In this document: piece after piece, positions 39,098 through 47,548 of the stretch | Layout: every line of letters begins with the position of its first letter | Position numbering within the stretch: the stretch's first letter is position 1 | Assembly (NCBI GenBank): GCA_963805625.1 | Contig: CAWDVE010000020.1 | Span: forward strand, 1-64,000 | From: an uncultured Candidatus Rokubacteria bacterium | Lineage (GTDB): Bacteria > Methylomirabilota > Methylomirabilia > Rokubacteriales > DASRDR01 | Direction of reading: 5' to 3' | Length of the DNA: 64,000 nucleotides | Position numbers and translations under genes: made by a program | The notes under the pieces: model-generated | Seen by the model: the letters and a program-made list of their open reading frames with translations, nothing else | Told to the model about the DNA's origin: nothing | Databases searched by the model: none

Positions 39098-39793
39098 TCA
39101 GACGCGGCCGCGCTGCTGGATCCAGGTGAGCGCCCAGTTCACGAGGAACGTGAGCGTCAGCAGGATGATCGACAGCGCGATCGCGACGTCGAAGTTCCCC
39201 TTGCTCGTCTCGAGGACCGTCGCCGTCGTGAGGACCCGGGTCTGCCCCCGGATGTTGCCCCCCACCATGAGCGAGGCGCCCACCTCCGAGATCACCGCGC
39301 CGAAGCCCGCCATCAGCGCGGCGAGGAGCGGGAGCCGCGCCTCCCGGATCAGGATCCCGAGGAGCTGGAGCCGCGAGGCCCCGAGCGCTTGCACCTGGAG
39401 CCGGAAGCGCTCCGGGATCTGCTGGACCGCGGCCAGCGTGAGCCCCGTCACGACCGGGGCCGCGATCACGAACTGCGCGACGATGATCGCCGTCGGTGTG
39501 TAGAGGAGCTCCAGCGCGCCGAGTGGGCCGCTCCGCCACAGCACGATCGAGACGAAGAGCCCCACGACCACCGGCGGCAGGCCCATTCCGGTGTTGACCA
39601 GGGCGACGACGAGCCCGCGCCCCGGGAAGCGCACGAGGGCGAGGACGGTCCCGAGCGGCATCCCGACGAGAAGGGACAGCACGGTCGCCGCCCCCGAGAG
39701 CCTGAGCGAGAGCCACGTGACGCCGAGGAGCTCGGCGTCGGCGGCCGCCAGGAGCGCGCCCGCCTGGAAGAATCCGTCCGCGATCAGCCCCAC
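39098..39793 (-). CDS. tupB: Tungstate ABC transporter permease
   Basis: NTGMGLPPVVVGL and GFG.VISEVGA..MVGGNI.G.TRVLTTA. Confidence 0.92.
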   Translation of the reverse strand: MGLIADGFFQAGALLAAADAELLGVTWLSLRLSGAATVLSLLVGMPLGTVLALVRFPGRGLVVALVNTGMGLPPVVVGLFVSIVLWRSGPLGALELLYTPTAIIVAQFVIAAPVVTGLTLAAVQQIPERFRLQVQALGASRLQLLGILIREARLPLLAALMAGFGAVISEVGASLMVGGNIRGQTRVLTTATVLETSKGNFDVAIALSIILLTLTFLVNWALTWIQQRGRV

Positions 39794-39815
39794 GCCGCCA
39801 CCGCGCCCGCCGGCT

Positions 39816-40025
39816 CTACTCCTTCCCCACGATGACGTCCGAGGCCTTGATGATCGCCAGGGCGCGGTCGCCCCTCTTGAGCCTGAGCTCCCGGATGGCT
39901 TCCATCGTCACCGACGCGGTGACGATCGCGCCGCCGCCGACATCGAGCTTCACATGGCCCGTCGTCGTCCCGCGGACGACGCGCACCACTCGCCCCCTGA
40001 GCACGTTGCGCGCGCTGAGCTTCAC
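39816..40025 (-). CDS. Molbindin/Mop (TOBE) molybdate-binding protein
   Basis: MKLSARNVL.G...IKASDV signature; 69 aa. Confidence 0.92.
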   Translation of the reverse strand: MKLSARNVLRGRVVRVVRGTTTGHVKLDVGGGAIVTASVTMEAIRELRLKRGDRALAIIKASDVIVGKE

Positions 40026-40050
40026 GCTCTGGTCCTCCGTGACCGGGCGC

Positions 40051-40839
40051 TCACCGGGCGCCCGGGGCTGGCGGCTGGAATCCGAGCTGCCGGAGGACCC
40101 CCTGGCCCGCGGGCCCGGTCACGAGCTCGATGAAGGCCCGGGCGAGGGCGACCTGGCGCGAGCCGGCCACCACGGCCACCGGGTAGACCACCGGCGGATA
40201 GGTGTCCTCACCCGGCCGAAACGCGGTGCGGACCCGCGGGCCGGCCGCCGCCACGTCGGTGGCGTAGACGAAGCCTGCGTCGACCTCGCCGCGCGCGACG
40301 TACTCGAGGACCTGGCGGACGTTCTCTCCGTAGACCAGCTTCGGACCGAGGCGCTCCCAGACACCGACCGCCCGCAGGCTCTCCTGGGCGTACTGTCCCG
40401 CCGGCACCGTCCTCGGGTTCCCGATGGCGACGCGCGTGACACGCGGGTCCAGCAGGTTGCCGACCGCCGTGAGATCGAGCGCCGAGTCCGCCGGCTTGAC
40501 CACCACCAGGGCGTTCCGCGCGAACGCGCGCCGCGTGTCCGGGAGGATCAACCCCTTCTGCTCGAGCTCGTCCATCTGGCGGGTCGCGGCCGCGACGAAC
40601 ACGTCGATGGGCGCCCCGGCCTCGATCTGCTTCTGGAGATCGCCCGACGCCCCGAAGTTGTACCGCAGCGTGAGGCCGGGGCGGCTCAGGGCGAAGCTCC
40701 GCCCAACGGTCTCGATCGCCTCCTTCATGCTGATGGCGGCGGAGAGGGTCAGCTCCTGGGCGCCCACCGGCGTGGCCCAGCCGGCGGCCAGCGCGACGAC
40801 CGCCGCGAACGCGATGCGCGCCCGCGTGCTCCAGCTCAC
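40051..40839 (-). CDS. modA: Molybdate ABC transporter substrate-binding protein
   Basis: SAAIS, FGASG.L..QIE.GAP.DVF, VPAG.YA, NVRQVL and GFVY.TD. Confidence 0.93.
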   Translation of the reverse strand: MSWSTRARIAFAAVVALAAGWATPVGAQELTLSAAISMKEAIETVGRSFALSRPGLTLRYNFGASGDLQKQIEAGAPIDVFVAAATRQMDELEQKGLILPDTRRAFARNALVVVKPADSALDLTAVGNLLDPRVTRVAIGNPRTVPAGQYAQESLRAVGVWERLGPKLVYGENVRQVLEYVARGEVDAGFVYATDVAAAGPRVRTAFRPGEDTYPPVVYPVAVVAGSRQVALARAFIELVTGPAGQGVLRQLGFQPPAPGAR

Positions 40840-40855
40840 GCGTTGCCCCCGGCTA

Positions 40856-41704
40856 TCACTTCCCGACCTCTTCCTCGCGCTGGCCGGCGATCGGCACGAA
40901 CAGCGGCTGCCCGTACTTGTCCACGCCGAACGTTCGGATCACCGCTTGGGCCATCGGCGACAGCACGAAGTCGGCGAAGGCCTTCCCGGCCGCGGCGTTC
41001 ACCCGGGGGCCATTGGCCGGATTGACCTCCATGACGGAGTAGATGTTGAGGAGCGGGCGGTCCTTCTCCACCAGGATCGGCAAGTCGACTCGCTTCTGGA
41101 AGGCGAGGTACGTGCCCCGGTCCGTCAGCGTGTAGGCCCGCCGGTCGTTCGCGATGCCGAGGGTCTGGCCCATGCCCTGGCCGGACTCGATGTACCAGGG
41201 CGCCTTCGGCTCGATCCCCGCTTGCTTCCAGAGCGCCTGCTCGAGCAGGTGCGTCCCCGACTTGTCCCCCCGCGACACGAATCGCGCCTCCACGGCGGCG
41301 ATCCGCTGGAAGGCCTCGGCCGCAGAGAGCCCCTTGATACGCGCCGGATCCTCCGCGGTGCCGATCACGACGAAGTCGTTGTACATGACCAGGCGCCGGT
41401 TCAGCATCTTGCCCTCGTCGACGTACTTCTTCTCGAGGGCCGGCGCGTGGGCGAGCGTGACGTCCGCCTCGCCGCGCGCGGCGAGGGCCAGCGCCTGGCC
41501 CGTCCCGACCGAGATCGTCTTGACGGAGTACCCGGTCGCTTGCTCGAACATCGGCACGAGCCTGTCGAGGAGGCCCGAGTCCTGGGTGCTCGTCGTCGTC
41601 GACAGGATGAGCGTCCGCGCGGCCGGCGGCGGAGCTTGGGCGGCCGCGGGGCCGGCGGCGATCAGGAGCGCCAGGGTTGCAAGGACCAGTCGACGTCGCG
41701 TCAT
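40856..41704 (-). CDS. tupA: Tungstate ABC transporter substrate-binding protein
   Basis: TTTS tungstate-selectivity motif, DSGLL, VGTGQAL, SRGDKSGTH, GQGMG and DRGT; ATG 41704 with GGGAGG RBS. Confidence 0.93.
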   Translation of the reverse strand: MTRRRLVLATLALLIAAGPAAAQAPPPAARTLILSTTTSTQDSGLLDRLVPMFEQATGYSVKTISVGTGQALALAARGEADVTLAHAPALEKKYVDEGKMLNRRLVMYNDFVVIGTAEDPARIKGLSAAEAFQRIAAVEARFVSRGDKSGTHLLEQALWKQAGIEPKAPWYIESGQGMGQTLGIANDRRAYTLTDRGTYLAFQKRVDLPILVEKDRPLLNIYSVMEVNPANGPRVNAAAGKAFADFVLSPMAQAVIRTFGVDKYGQPLFVPIAGQREEEVGK

Positions 41705-41748
41705 GGTTGCGTTTCCTCCCGTGGCTTCGCGGAGTTGGGCCGGCGGGC

Positions 41749-42001
41749 TCAGCCGCCCGGGCGCGTCGGCGCCGTGAAGCCGGGCCGGGCCAGGATCGCC
41801 TGGCCCGCCGGTGACCGTATGAACGACACTAGGCAGCCGGCGCGCTTCGCGCGCGCCTCGCTCAGGACGGTGAACCTGTAGTGTCGAGGTGCCGAGCGTG
41901 ACGCCGGGATCGACCAGGAGCACCGTCCCCGCGCCAAGGGCTCGGGCCGACCGCACGAACGCACGCCGCGGCGCCTCTCGAGCCTCGCCGGCGCCGCTCA
42001 C
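41749..42001 (-). pseudogene. Degenerate remnant resembling the C-terminus of a ModA-type binding protein
   Basis: YRFTVL...VSFIRSPAGQAILARPGF resembles the ModA end (compare YPVAVV...FIELVTGPAGQGVLRQLGF in the neighbouring modA); split over two frames, N-terminus absent. Confidence 0.55.
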
Positions 42002-42921
42002 GCCACCTCGGCCAGCACCCGGCCCGTCTGCGTCCAGTCGTACCCCCCGAGGCGCTCGAGCTCCCGCCGGAACCGCTCCGAGCGGATGGCCTCGATGAGC
42101 GCCTGGATCGGCGGCTGGAAGAAGGTCTCCTTGGGGATCACGAGGTCGAATCGCTCGCGGGTGAGGGGCACGAACCCGAGGCTCAGGGCCGAGGCCACGG
42201 TGCGGGTCCCGACTCCGGCGTCGGCCTCGCCGCGGAGGATGCGGAGCGCGACCGTCCAGTGGGTCGACACCTCCTCCCGGTAGCCCACCACCCCTGCCTG
42301 CTCGACCCCGGCCGCGGCGAGCGCCTCATCGGTGAACGTCCGCGTCCCCGAGCCCGGCTGGCGGTTCACGAACCGGAGGCCGCGACGCGCGAGATCACTC
42401 ACCGCCGCGAGCTTGCGGGGATTGCCCGTCCAGACCACGAGCCCGAGCTCCCGGTGAAACAGGTTGACCAGGACGACCGGTCGCCCCGGGAGGTAGCGCG
42501 ACACCTGGGGCAAGTTGTACTCGCCCGAGGCGCGGTCGACGAGGTGCGTGCACGCGAGGTCCGCCCGCCCGGCGGCCAGCGCTTCGAGCCCGCCCACGCT
42601 GCCGAGGGTCGCGGTGAAGAGCAGCGGCCGCCCAGCCTCGCCGTGGAGCGCGTCGGGGAGAAGCTCGAGGGCAGGGTCATCGCTCCCAGCCAGGAAGAGG
42701 TTTCCTGCCGGGAGCGCGGCGCGGCCCCGCGCGGGCCGCTCGCCTCCGCGCTGTCGCGCACTCGCCTCCAGCCACTCGTCGAGAAGGTGCACGGGAAAGA
42801 GCCACTTCCCGGTAACGCGGCTCGCCGGAATGCCACCGCGTTGAGCCAGGAGGTAGACCGAGCGGGGGTTCAGGCGTAGGTAGCGTGCCGCTTCGGCGAC
42901 CGTGAGGAAGCGCGACTCCAT
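41998..42921 (-). CDS. Excisionase-like HTH_17 plus PBP_like transcriptional regulator (TaoR/YvgK-type molybdate/tungstate regulator)
   Basis: LTVAEAARYL...IPA.RV.GKW.F wHTH, then AGSDD, GS.GGL.AL, FVNRQ.GSGTR and ERFDL. Confidence 0.88.
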   Translation of the reverse strand: MESRFLTVAEAARYLRLNPRSVYLLAQRGGIPASRVTGKWLFPVHLLDEWLEASARQRGGERPARGRAALPAGNLFLAGSDDPALELLPDALHGEAGRPLLFTATLGSVGGLEALAAGRADLACTHLVDRASGEYNLPQVSRYLPGRPVVLVNLFHRELGLVVWTGNPRKLAAVSDLARRGLRFVNRQPGSGTRTFTDEALAAAGVEQAGVVGYREEVSTHWTVALRILRGEADAGVGTRTVASALSLGFVPLTRERFDLVIPKETFFQPPIQALIEAIRSERFRRELERLGGYDWTQTGRVLAEVA

Positions 42922-42940
42922 CCGAGAACCACGGTAGCAT

Positions 42941-42980
42941 CTTGATCAAATTCAATCAAATTGGATCAAAACCAATCAAC
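42941..42980. promoter_or_regulatory. Four 10-bp-phased direct repeats (ATCAA) overlapping the -35 of the regulator; candidate operator
   Basis: cttgATCAAa ttcaATCAAa ttggATCAAa accaATCAAc; reverse-strand promoter TTGATT-N17-TACCGT. Confidence 0.8.
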
Positions 42981-43031
42981 AGGACTACCTAGACCAATGA
43001 ACCCGGTCTAGCGCTGTTCCGGGAGGATCTC

Positions 43032-43471
43032 CTAGCAGGCCGGAGCGAGAACTCGGCCGCTCAGACGGGGGAAGAAGCGCCCCGCCTCCAGCACTGCGCC
43101 GCCGTTGATCCACACCCAGTGGATGCCGGCCGGGTAGCGGTGAGGCGTCTGGTAGGTCGCGAGGTCGTCCACCGTCCGGGGGTCGAAGATGATCACGTCG
43201 GCGACTGCGCCGGGGCGAAGCACCCCGCGATCGGTGAGCCCCAGCCGGACGGCCGACTGGCCGGTCATCTTGTGGGCGGCGGCCTCCCAGCTGAGCACCC
43301 CGCGCTCGCAACCATGCACCCCGTGGCATCCACCACCTGACCCGCCTCGCCCGGCAGGTCTGCCGCGACGGCCGTGGCGCGCTCCCCGGACAGCGCGACG
43401 TCCGCCCGCCGTCCCGGGGCCCCGGTCCCGTCGAGGACCGTTCCCCCGCGGATCAGCCAGTCGAACGCCAC
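43032..43471 (-). pseudogene. N-acyl-D-amino-acid deacylase pseudogene (large internal deletion plus frameshift)
   Basis: N-terminus FDWLIRGGTVLDGTG...DATGCMVA joined out of frame to C-terminus ERGVLSWE..HKMT..DRG.L.PG..AD..IFDP; the TIM-barrel core is missing. Confidence 0.85.
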
Positions 43472-43528
43472 GCCTGGGGTTCTCAGGCCGCCGGGCGCGC
43501 TCCGGCGCCGGCAGGTTGACGGGACCGG

Positions 43529-44053
43529 TCAGGGCTTGGGCTCCTCGATCTTGACGGTCCGCATCTTGTCGCCGACCTTCAGCCGGTCGACCACGTCCAT
43601 CCCCAACGTCACCTGGCCAAAGACGGTGTAGTTGTTGTCGAGGTGCGTGGCAGGGGCGAAGCAGATGTAGAACTGGCTCCCCGCCGAGTCCGGATGCTGG
43701 GAGCGGGCCATGGCCACGGTGCCCCGGACGTGCTTCCGCTTGTTGAACTCGGCCTTGAGTGTGTACCCCGGCCCGCCGGTTCCGTCGCCCTTCGGATCCC
43801 CACCCTGGGCCACGAAGCCCGGCACGATCCGGTGGAACGTCAGCCCGTCGTAGAAGCCCTTCTTCGAGAGGGTGATGAAGCTCTCTACGGTCTTCGGGGC
43901 GTCCTCCGGGTAGAGCTCGATCCGGATCTCCCCGCCCTTCTCCATGGTGATCACCGCGGTCGGATGCATCCGCTGTTGCCCCTCCGCGCCGCCCGGGAAC
44001 ACCGGAAGCGCCATCACGAGCCCCGTGAGAACGAACCGTTGCCACGCCCGCAT
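43529..44053 (-). CDS. Cyclophilin-type peptidyl-prolyl isomerase
   Basis: APKTV..F, FYDGL.FHR, QGGDP.G.GTGG, MARS and SAGSQFYI; signal peptide. Confidence 0.95.
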   Translation of the reverse strand: MRAWQRFVLTGLVMALPVFPGGAEGQQRMHPTAVITMEKGGEIRIELYPEDAPKTVESFITLSKKGFYDGLTFHRIVPGFVAQGGDPKGDGTGGPGYTLKAEFNKRKHVRGTVAMARSQHPDSAGSQFYICFAPATHLDNNYTVFGQVTLGMDVVDRLKVGDKMRTVKIEEPKP

Positions 44054-44367
44054 GCCCTGGTCCTCCTCCGCGCCGAAGCGCCGGTCATTCTACCCCATCG
44101 GCCCGACCTTCAGCACGTAGGGAGCCCGTAAGCCCGCGCGCAATCGCGTCATCCTTGTCTGCCGTCCGCCGTCCCCGCCCGCCACGGGGTTCCTCACGCT
44201 GCCGGGGCCATTCGCTGCCAGTCCGCCTTCGACGCCGTCCGTGCCGGGCGGGTCGCCGGTCGGGGAATCGGGAGGTGGGCGGGGGGTCAACGACCCGACC
44301 TGAATTTCCCCCTTTCTCATTCCGGCGGCGACTCGGGACGGCCGTCTTGACGTGGGCACCGGGCATG

Positions 44368-44388
44368 TTATGGTTGTTGCGACCCTAA
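44368..44388 (+). promoter_or_regulatory. NrtR box 1, overlapping the -10 of nrtR
   Basis: TTATGGT-N7-ACCCTAA (21 bp, GT-N7-AC core); promoter TTGACG-N16-TATGGT. Confidence 0.8.
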
Positions 44389-44402
44389 CTCTGGAGAACC
44401 TG

Positions 44403-45182
44403 ATGGCGACCCCGGTCGAGGTGTTCACCTCCGAGACAGTGCAGCCCACCGGCGTGCAGGCGTCGGTGGTGGTGGCCGTGGTCATCCTGAGCATCCGGCC
44501 CGACGTCGCGGGCCGACCTCGGCTTCAAGTGCTGCTGGTCCGGCGAGCGGTCCAGCCGTTCAGGGGCTACTGGTCACTTCCCGGCGGCAAGCTCTGGGGA
44601 GACGAGGCGCTCGACGAAGCGGCGTGGCGGCAGCTGGCCCAGAAGACCGCCCTCCGCGCGTCCTACCTGGAACAGCTCTACACCTTCGAGCTCTGCGACA
44701 CCTCGCGCCAGATGGAGGCCGCCGTCGTCGCCTACTACGCGCTGGTCCGCACTGACGACGCCGAGATCGCGCCGGGCCGCAAGACGATGGAAGCGGCATG
44801 GTTCCCGGTCGCGGGTCTGCCGGGGGAGCTTGCGTTCGACAACGACGAGATCCTCCACTACGCCCTCCAGCGCCTCCGCAACAAGGTGGAGTACGCCCAC
44901 GTGGCCTTCCAGTTCCTGCCGCCGCAATTCACCATGGCGCAGCTCCGCGCCGTGTACGAGGTGATCCTCGGCCGCCGCATCGATCCGACGAACTTCCGTC
45001 GGCGCGTCGAAGCCACGGGCACCATCGTCCCCACGGGCCGGTTCCTCTCGGGCGGGCGGCACCGGCCGCCGGCGGTCTATCGGTGCGTCGGGGACCCCCT
45101 GCGCCTCGCCAAGACCATGCGGCCCCGCCGGCCGCTCAGGTCCATCCCGGACCCACTTCTCAGCCCAATCGCGACGACGTAG
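44403..45182 (+). CDS. nrtR: NrtR/NdnR Nudix-related transcriptional regulator
   Basis: Nudix fold with degenerate box (PGG...RQLAQKT), LEQLYTF, LAFD and wHTH FT..QLR.VYE..D..NFRR..RPP..Y; heads the nad operon. Confidence 0.9.
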   Translation: MATPVEVFTSETVQPTGVQASVVVAVVILSIRPDVAGRPRLQVLLVRRAVQPFRGYWSLPGGKLWGDEALDEAAWRQLAQKTALRASYLEQLYTFELCDTSRQMEAAVVAYYALVRTDDAEIAPGRKTMEAAWFPVAGLPGELAFDNDEILHYALQRLRNKVEYAHVAFQFLPPQFTMAQLRAVYEVILGRRIDPTNFRRRVEATGTIVPTGRFLSGGRHRPPAVYRCVGDPLRLAKTMRPRRPLRSIPDPLLSPIATT

Positions 45183-45218
45183 TCATGCCCGCCCGAGAAG
45201 AGCCCTCGTCCGTGCAAG

Positions 45219-45239
45219 TAAAGGTTGCCGTGACCTTAA
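45219..45239 (+). promoter_or_regulatory. NrtR box 2, upstream of nadA
   Basis: TAAAGGT-N7-ACCTTAA, same 21-bp GT-N7-AC palindrome as box 1. Confidence 0.8.
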
Positions 45240-45304
45240 CTCAGGCTCCGCAGGCGCCCCTACGGCTCCATCGAATGTGGCCGTGGCGGCCGGAAGGATG
45301 ACAG

Positions 45305-46612
45305 ATGCCGACCACGCCTTCGATCGCCGCACGCATCAAGGCCGCGCCGCTCGGCGGGCTCTGCAGCAGCGAGCTGAAATGGGATCCCTTTGCGTACGAC
45401 GCGGCACCGGGAAAGTCTCGCGTGCCGGTCTACGGCGCGGGTGCCAGCCAGTGGGACACGATCCCGGTCTCTACGCCCGTGCAAGGCGAGATCCCCGACC
45501 GCTACCGCGACATGCCGGCGCCGGAGGTGGAGCGTCGCATCGCGGCGGCCAAGGCCGCCCTCGGCTCGCGCTTGGTGATTCTCGGTCATCATTACCAGCG
45601 CGACGAGATCATCCGCTGGGCTGATTTCCGGGGAGACTCCTTCAAGCTCTCGCAGCAGGCCGCGGGGCGCCGAGAGGCGGACTACATCGTCTTCTGCGGC
45701 GTGCACTTCATGGCGGAGAGCGCTGACATCCTGGCCGGCGATCACCAGCGCGTGATCCTGCCCAACCTGGCCGCCGGCTGCTCCATGGCGGACATGGCCG
45801 ATGAAGCCCAAGTCCTCTCCTGCTGGAAGCAGATCGGCGAGGCGCTGGACCTCGAAGCGGGCGCGGTCATTCCCGTCACCTACATGAACTCCTCGGCGGC
45901 CCTCAAAGCCTTTTGCGGCGAGCGGGGCGGCGTGGTGTGCACGTCGTCGAACGCGGCCCGCGTGCTGGAGTGGGCCTTCGAGCGCGGCGAGCGGGTGCTC
46001 TTCTTCCCTGACGAGCACCTCGGGCGCAACACCGGGGTCAAGCTCGACATCCCCGACGACGCGATGGTGCGGTGGGATCCACGCCGTCCCCTCGGCGGCA
46101 ACTCTCCCGAAGCCCTGCGCCGCGCGCGCCTGATCCTCTGGCGCGGCTGGTGTTCGGTGCACGCGCGCTTCACGGTGGCCCAGATCGCCGAGGCGCGCCG
46201 CAGGTACCCGGGCATCACCGCCATCGTGCACCCGGAGTGCCGGCGCGAGGTGGTCGACGCCGCCGATCTCGACGGGTCGACCGAGTTCATCCTCGAGACG
46301 ATCTCGGCGGCCCCACCGGGAAGCCAGTGGGCGGTGGGGACCGAGATCAACATGGTCAACCGGCTCGCCGCCGAACACCCGGACAAGCTGATCTTCTGCC
46401 TCGACCCCGTGATCTGTCCGTGCTCGACCATGTATCGCATTCACCCTGCGTATCTGGCCTGGGTGCTGGAGGCCCTGGTGGATGGCCACGTGCTGAACGA
46501 GATCGTCGTCGCCGACGGCGTGAAGGCCGCCGCCCGCGTGGCGCTCGGCCGCATGCTCTCGCTCCCCGGCCCGGTCAGCCAGCCCATGATCGCCGCCGGG
46601 GCGGGACGGTAG
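45305..46612 (+). CDS. nadA: Quinolinate synthase
   Basis: ILGHHYQ, GDSF.LS, FCGVHFMAE, AGCSMA, CTSSNA, HPEC and C.CSTM. Confidence 0.96.
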   Translation: MPTTPSIAARIKAAPLGGLCSSELKWDPFAYDAAPGKSRVPVYGAGASQWDTIPVSTPVQGEIPDRYRDMPAPEVERRIAAAKAALGSRLVILGHHYQRDEIIRWADFRGDSFKLSQQAAGRREADYIVFCGVHFMAESADILAGDHQRVILPNLAAGCSMADMADEAQVLSCWKQIGEALDLEAGAVIPVTYMNSSAALKAFCGERGGVVCTSSNAARVLEWAFERGERVLFFPDEHLGRNTGVKLDIPDDAMVRWDPRRPLGGNSPEALRRARLILWRGWCSVHARFTVAQIAEARRRYPGITAIVHPECRREVVDAADLDGSTEFILETISAAPPGSQWAVGTEINMVNRLAAEHPDKLIFCLDPVICPCSTMYRIHPAYLAWVLEALVDGHVLNEIVVADGVKAAARVALGRMLSLPGPVSQPMIAAGAGR

Positions 46613-46667
46613 GACCCGTGCCGCTCTCGATCCGCCGCCGGCGGGGTGATGGCCGCGAGGTGCTCGC

Positions 46668-47537
46668 ATGACGGATCCGGGGCTCGTGCATCCACCGCTC
46701 CCGCAAGTTCGCGCGATCATCCAGCGGGCGCTCGACGAGGACATCGGCTCGGGTGACGTGACGACTGACCACAGCGTGCCCGCCGATCAGTGGTCCCGGG
46801 GCGTCCTCCTAGCCAAGCAGGACGGCGTGCTCTGCGGGGGCCGGGTGTTCGCCGAGACGTTCCGGATGATCGATCGCGCCGCCAAGGTCGAGCTGCTCGT
46901 GCCCGACGGCGCGCGCGTCGGCAAGGGTGACGTCGCCGCGCGCGTCGAGGGCCCGACGCGCGCGCTGCTGACCGGCGAGCGGACGGCCCTGAACTTCGTC
47001 CAGCGCCTGAGCGGCATCGCCACCGCCACGGCCGCGTTCGTCGCTCGTCTCCACGGTCTGTCCACAAGGGTGATCGACACGCGCAAGACCACGCCGGGGC
47101 TGCGGCTGCTGGAGAAGTACGCGGTCCGGGCCGGCGGCGGTCACAACCATCGCTTCAACCTGGCCGACGCCGTGCTCCTGAAGGACAACCACCTGGCGGC
47201 CCTGCGCAGCCGGGGGCTCGACCTGGCTGACGCCGTCCGGGCCATCCGGCAGCGTGTGCCGCATACGATGCGGGTCGAGGTCGAGGTGACCTCGCTGGAG
47301 CAGATCGCTCCCGCCCTCGCCGGGGGTGCCGACATCATCCTGCTCGACAACATGTCGAACGAGGAGATGCGCGCGGCGGTTCGGCGCATTGGCGGACGCG
47401 CCCTCACCGAGTGCTCCGGCAACGTCACCCTCGAGACGGTCCGCGCGCGCGCCGAGACCGGAGTCGATCTGATCTCGTCCGGCGCGCTGACGCACTCGGC
47501 GATGGCCGTGGACTTCAGCCTGGAGATCGACGGCTAG
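46668..47537 (+). CDS. nadC: Quinolinate phosphoribosyltransferase
   Basis: DED...GDVT, ERTALN, DTRKTTPG, KDNH, LLDNM and GALTHS. Confidence 0.96.
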   Translation: MTDPGLVHPPLPQVRAIIQRALDEDIGSGDVTTDHSVPADQWSRGVLLAKQDGVLCGGRVFAETFRMIDRAAKVELLVPDGARVGKGDVAARVEGPTRALLTGERTALNFVQRLSGIATATAAFVARLHGLSTRVIDTRKTTPGLRLLEKYAVRAGGGHNHRFNLADAVLLKDNHLAALRSRGLDLADAVRAIRQRVPHTMRVEVEVTSLEQIAPALAGGADIILLDNMSNEEMRAAVRRIGGRALTECSGNVTLETVRARAETGVDLISSGALTHSAMAVDFSLEIDG

Positions 47538-47548
47538 CGCCGCGGGCC

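Noticed and set aside
41998-42921. Excisionase-like domain as evidence of a prophage
   Set aside because: It is fused to a PBP_like domain and heads a Mo/W uptake operon; no phage genes or integrase are nearby
42941-42980. AT-rich repeats as a CRISPR array or replication origin
   Set aside because: The units are only 10 bp with no spacers, cas genes or DnaA boxes; the position on a promoter fits an operator
44090-44340. Possible small ORF or gene remnant between the cyclophilin and nrtR genes
   Set aside because: No recognisable motif, RBS or clear codon bias; cannot be supported
45185-45301. 38-codon ORF (MPAREE...) between nrtR and nadA as a leader peptide
   Set aside because: No SD or regulatory codon pattern; the region is better explained by the NrtR box and promoter
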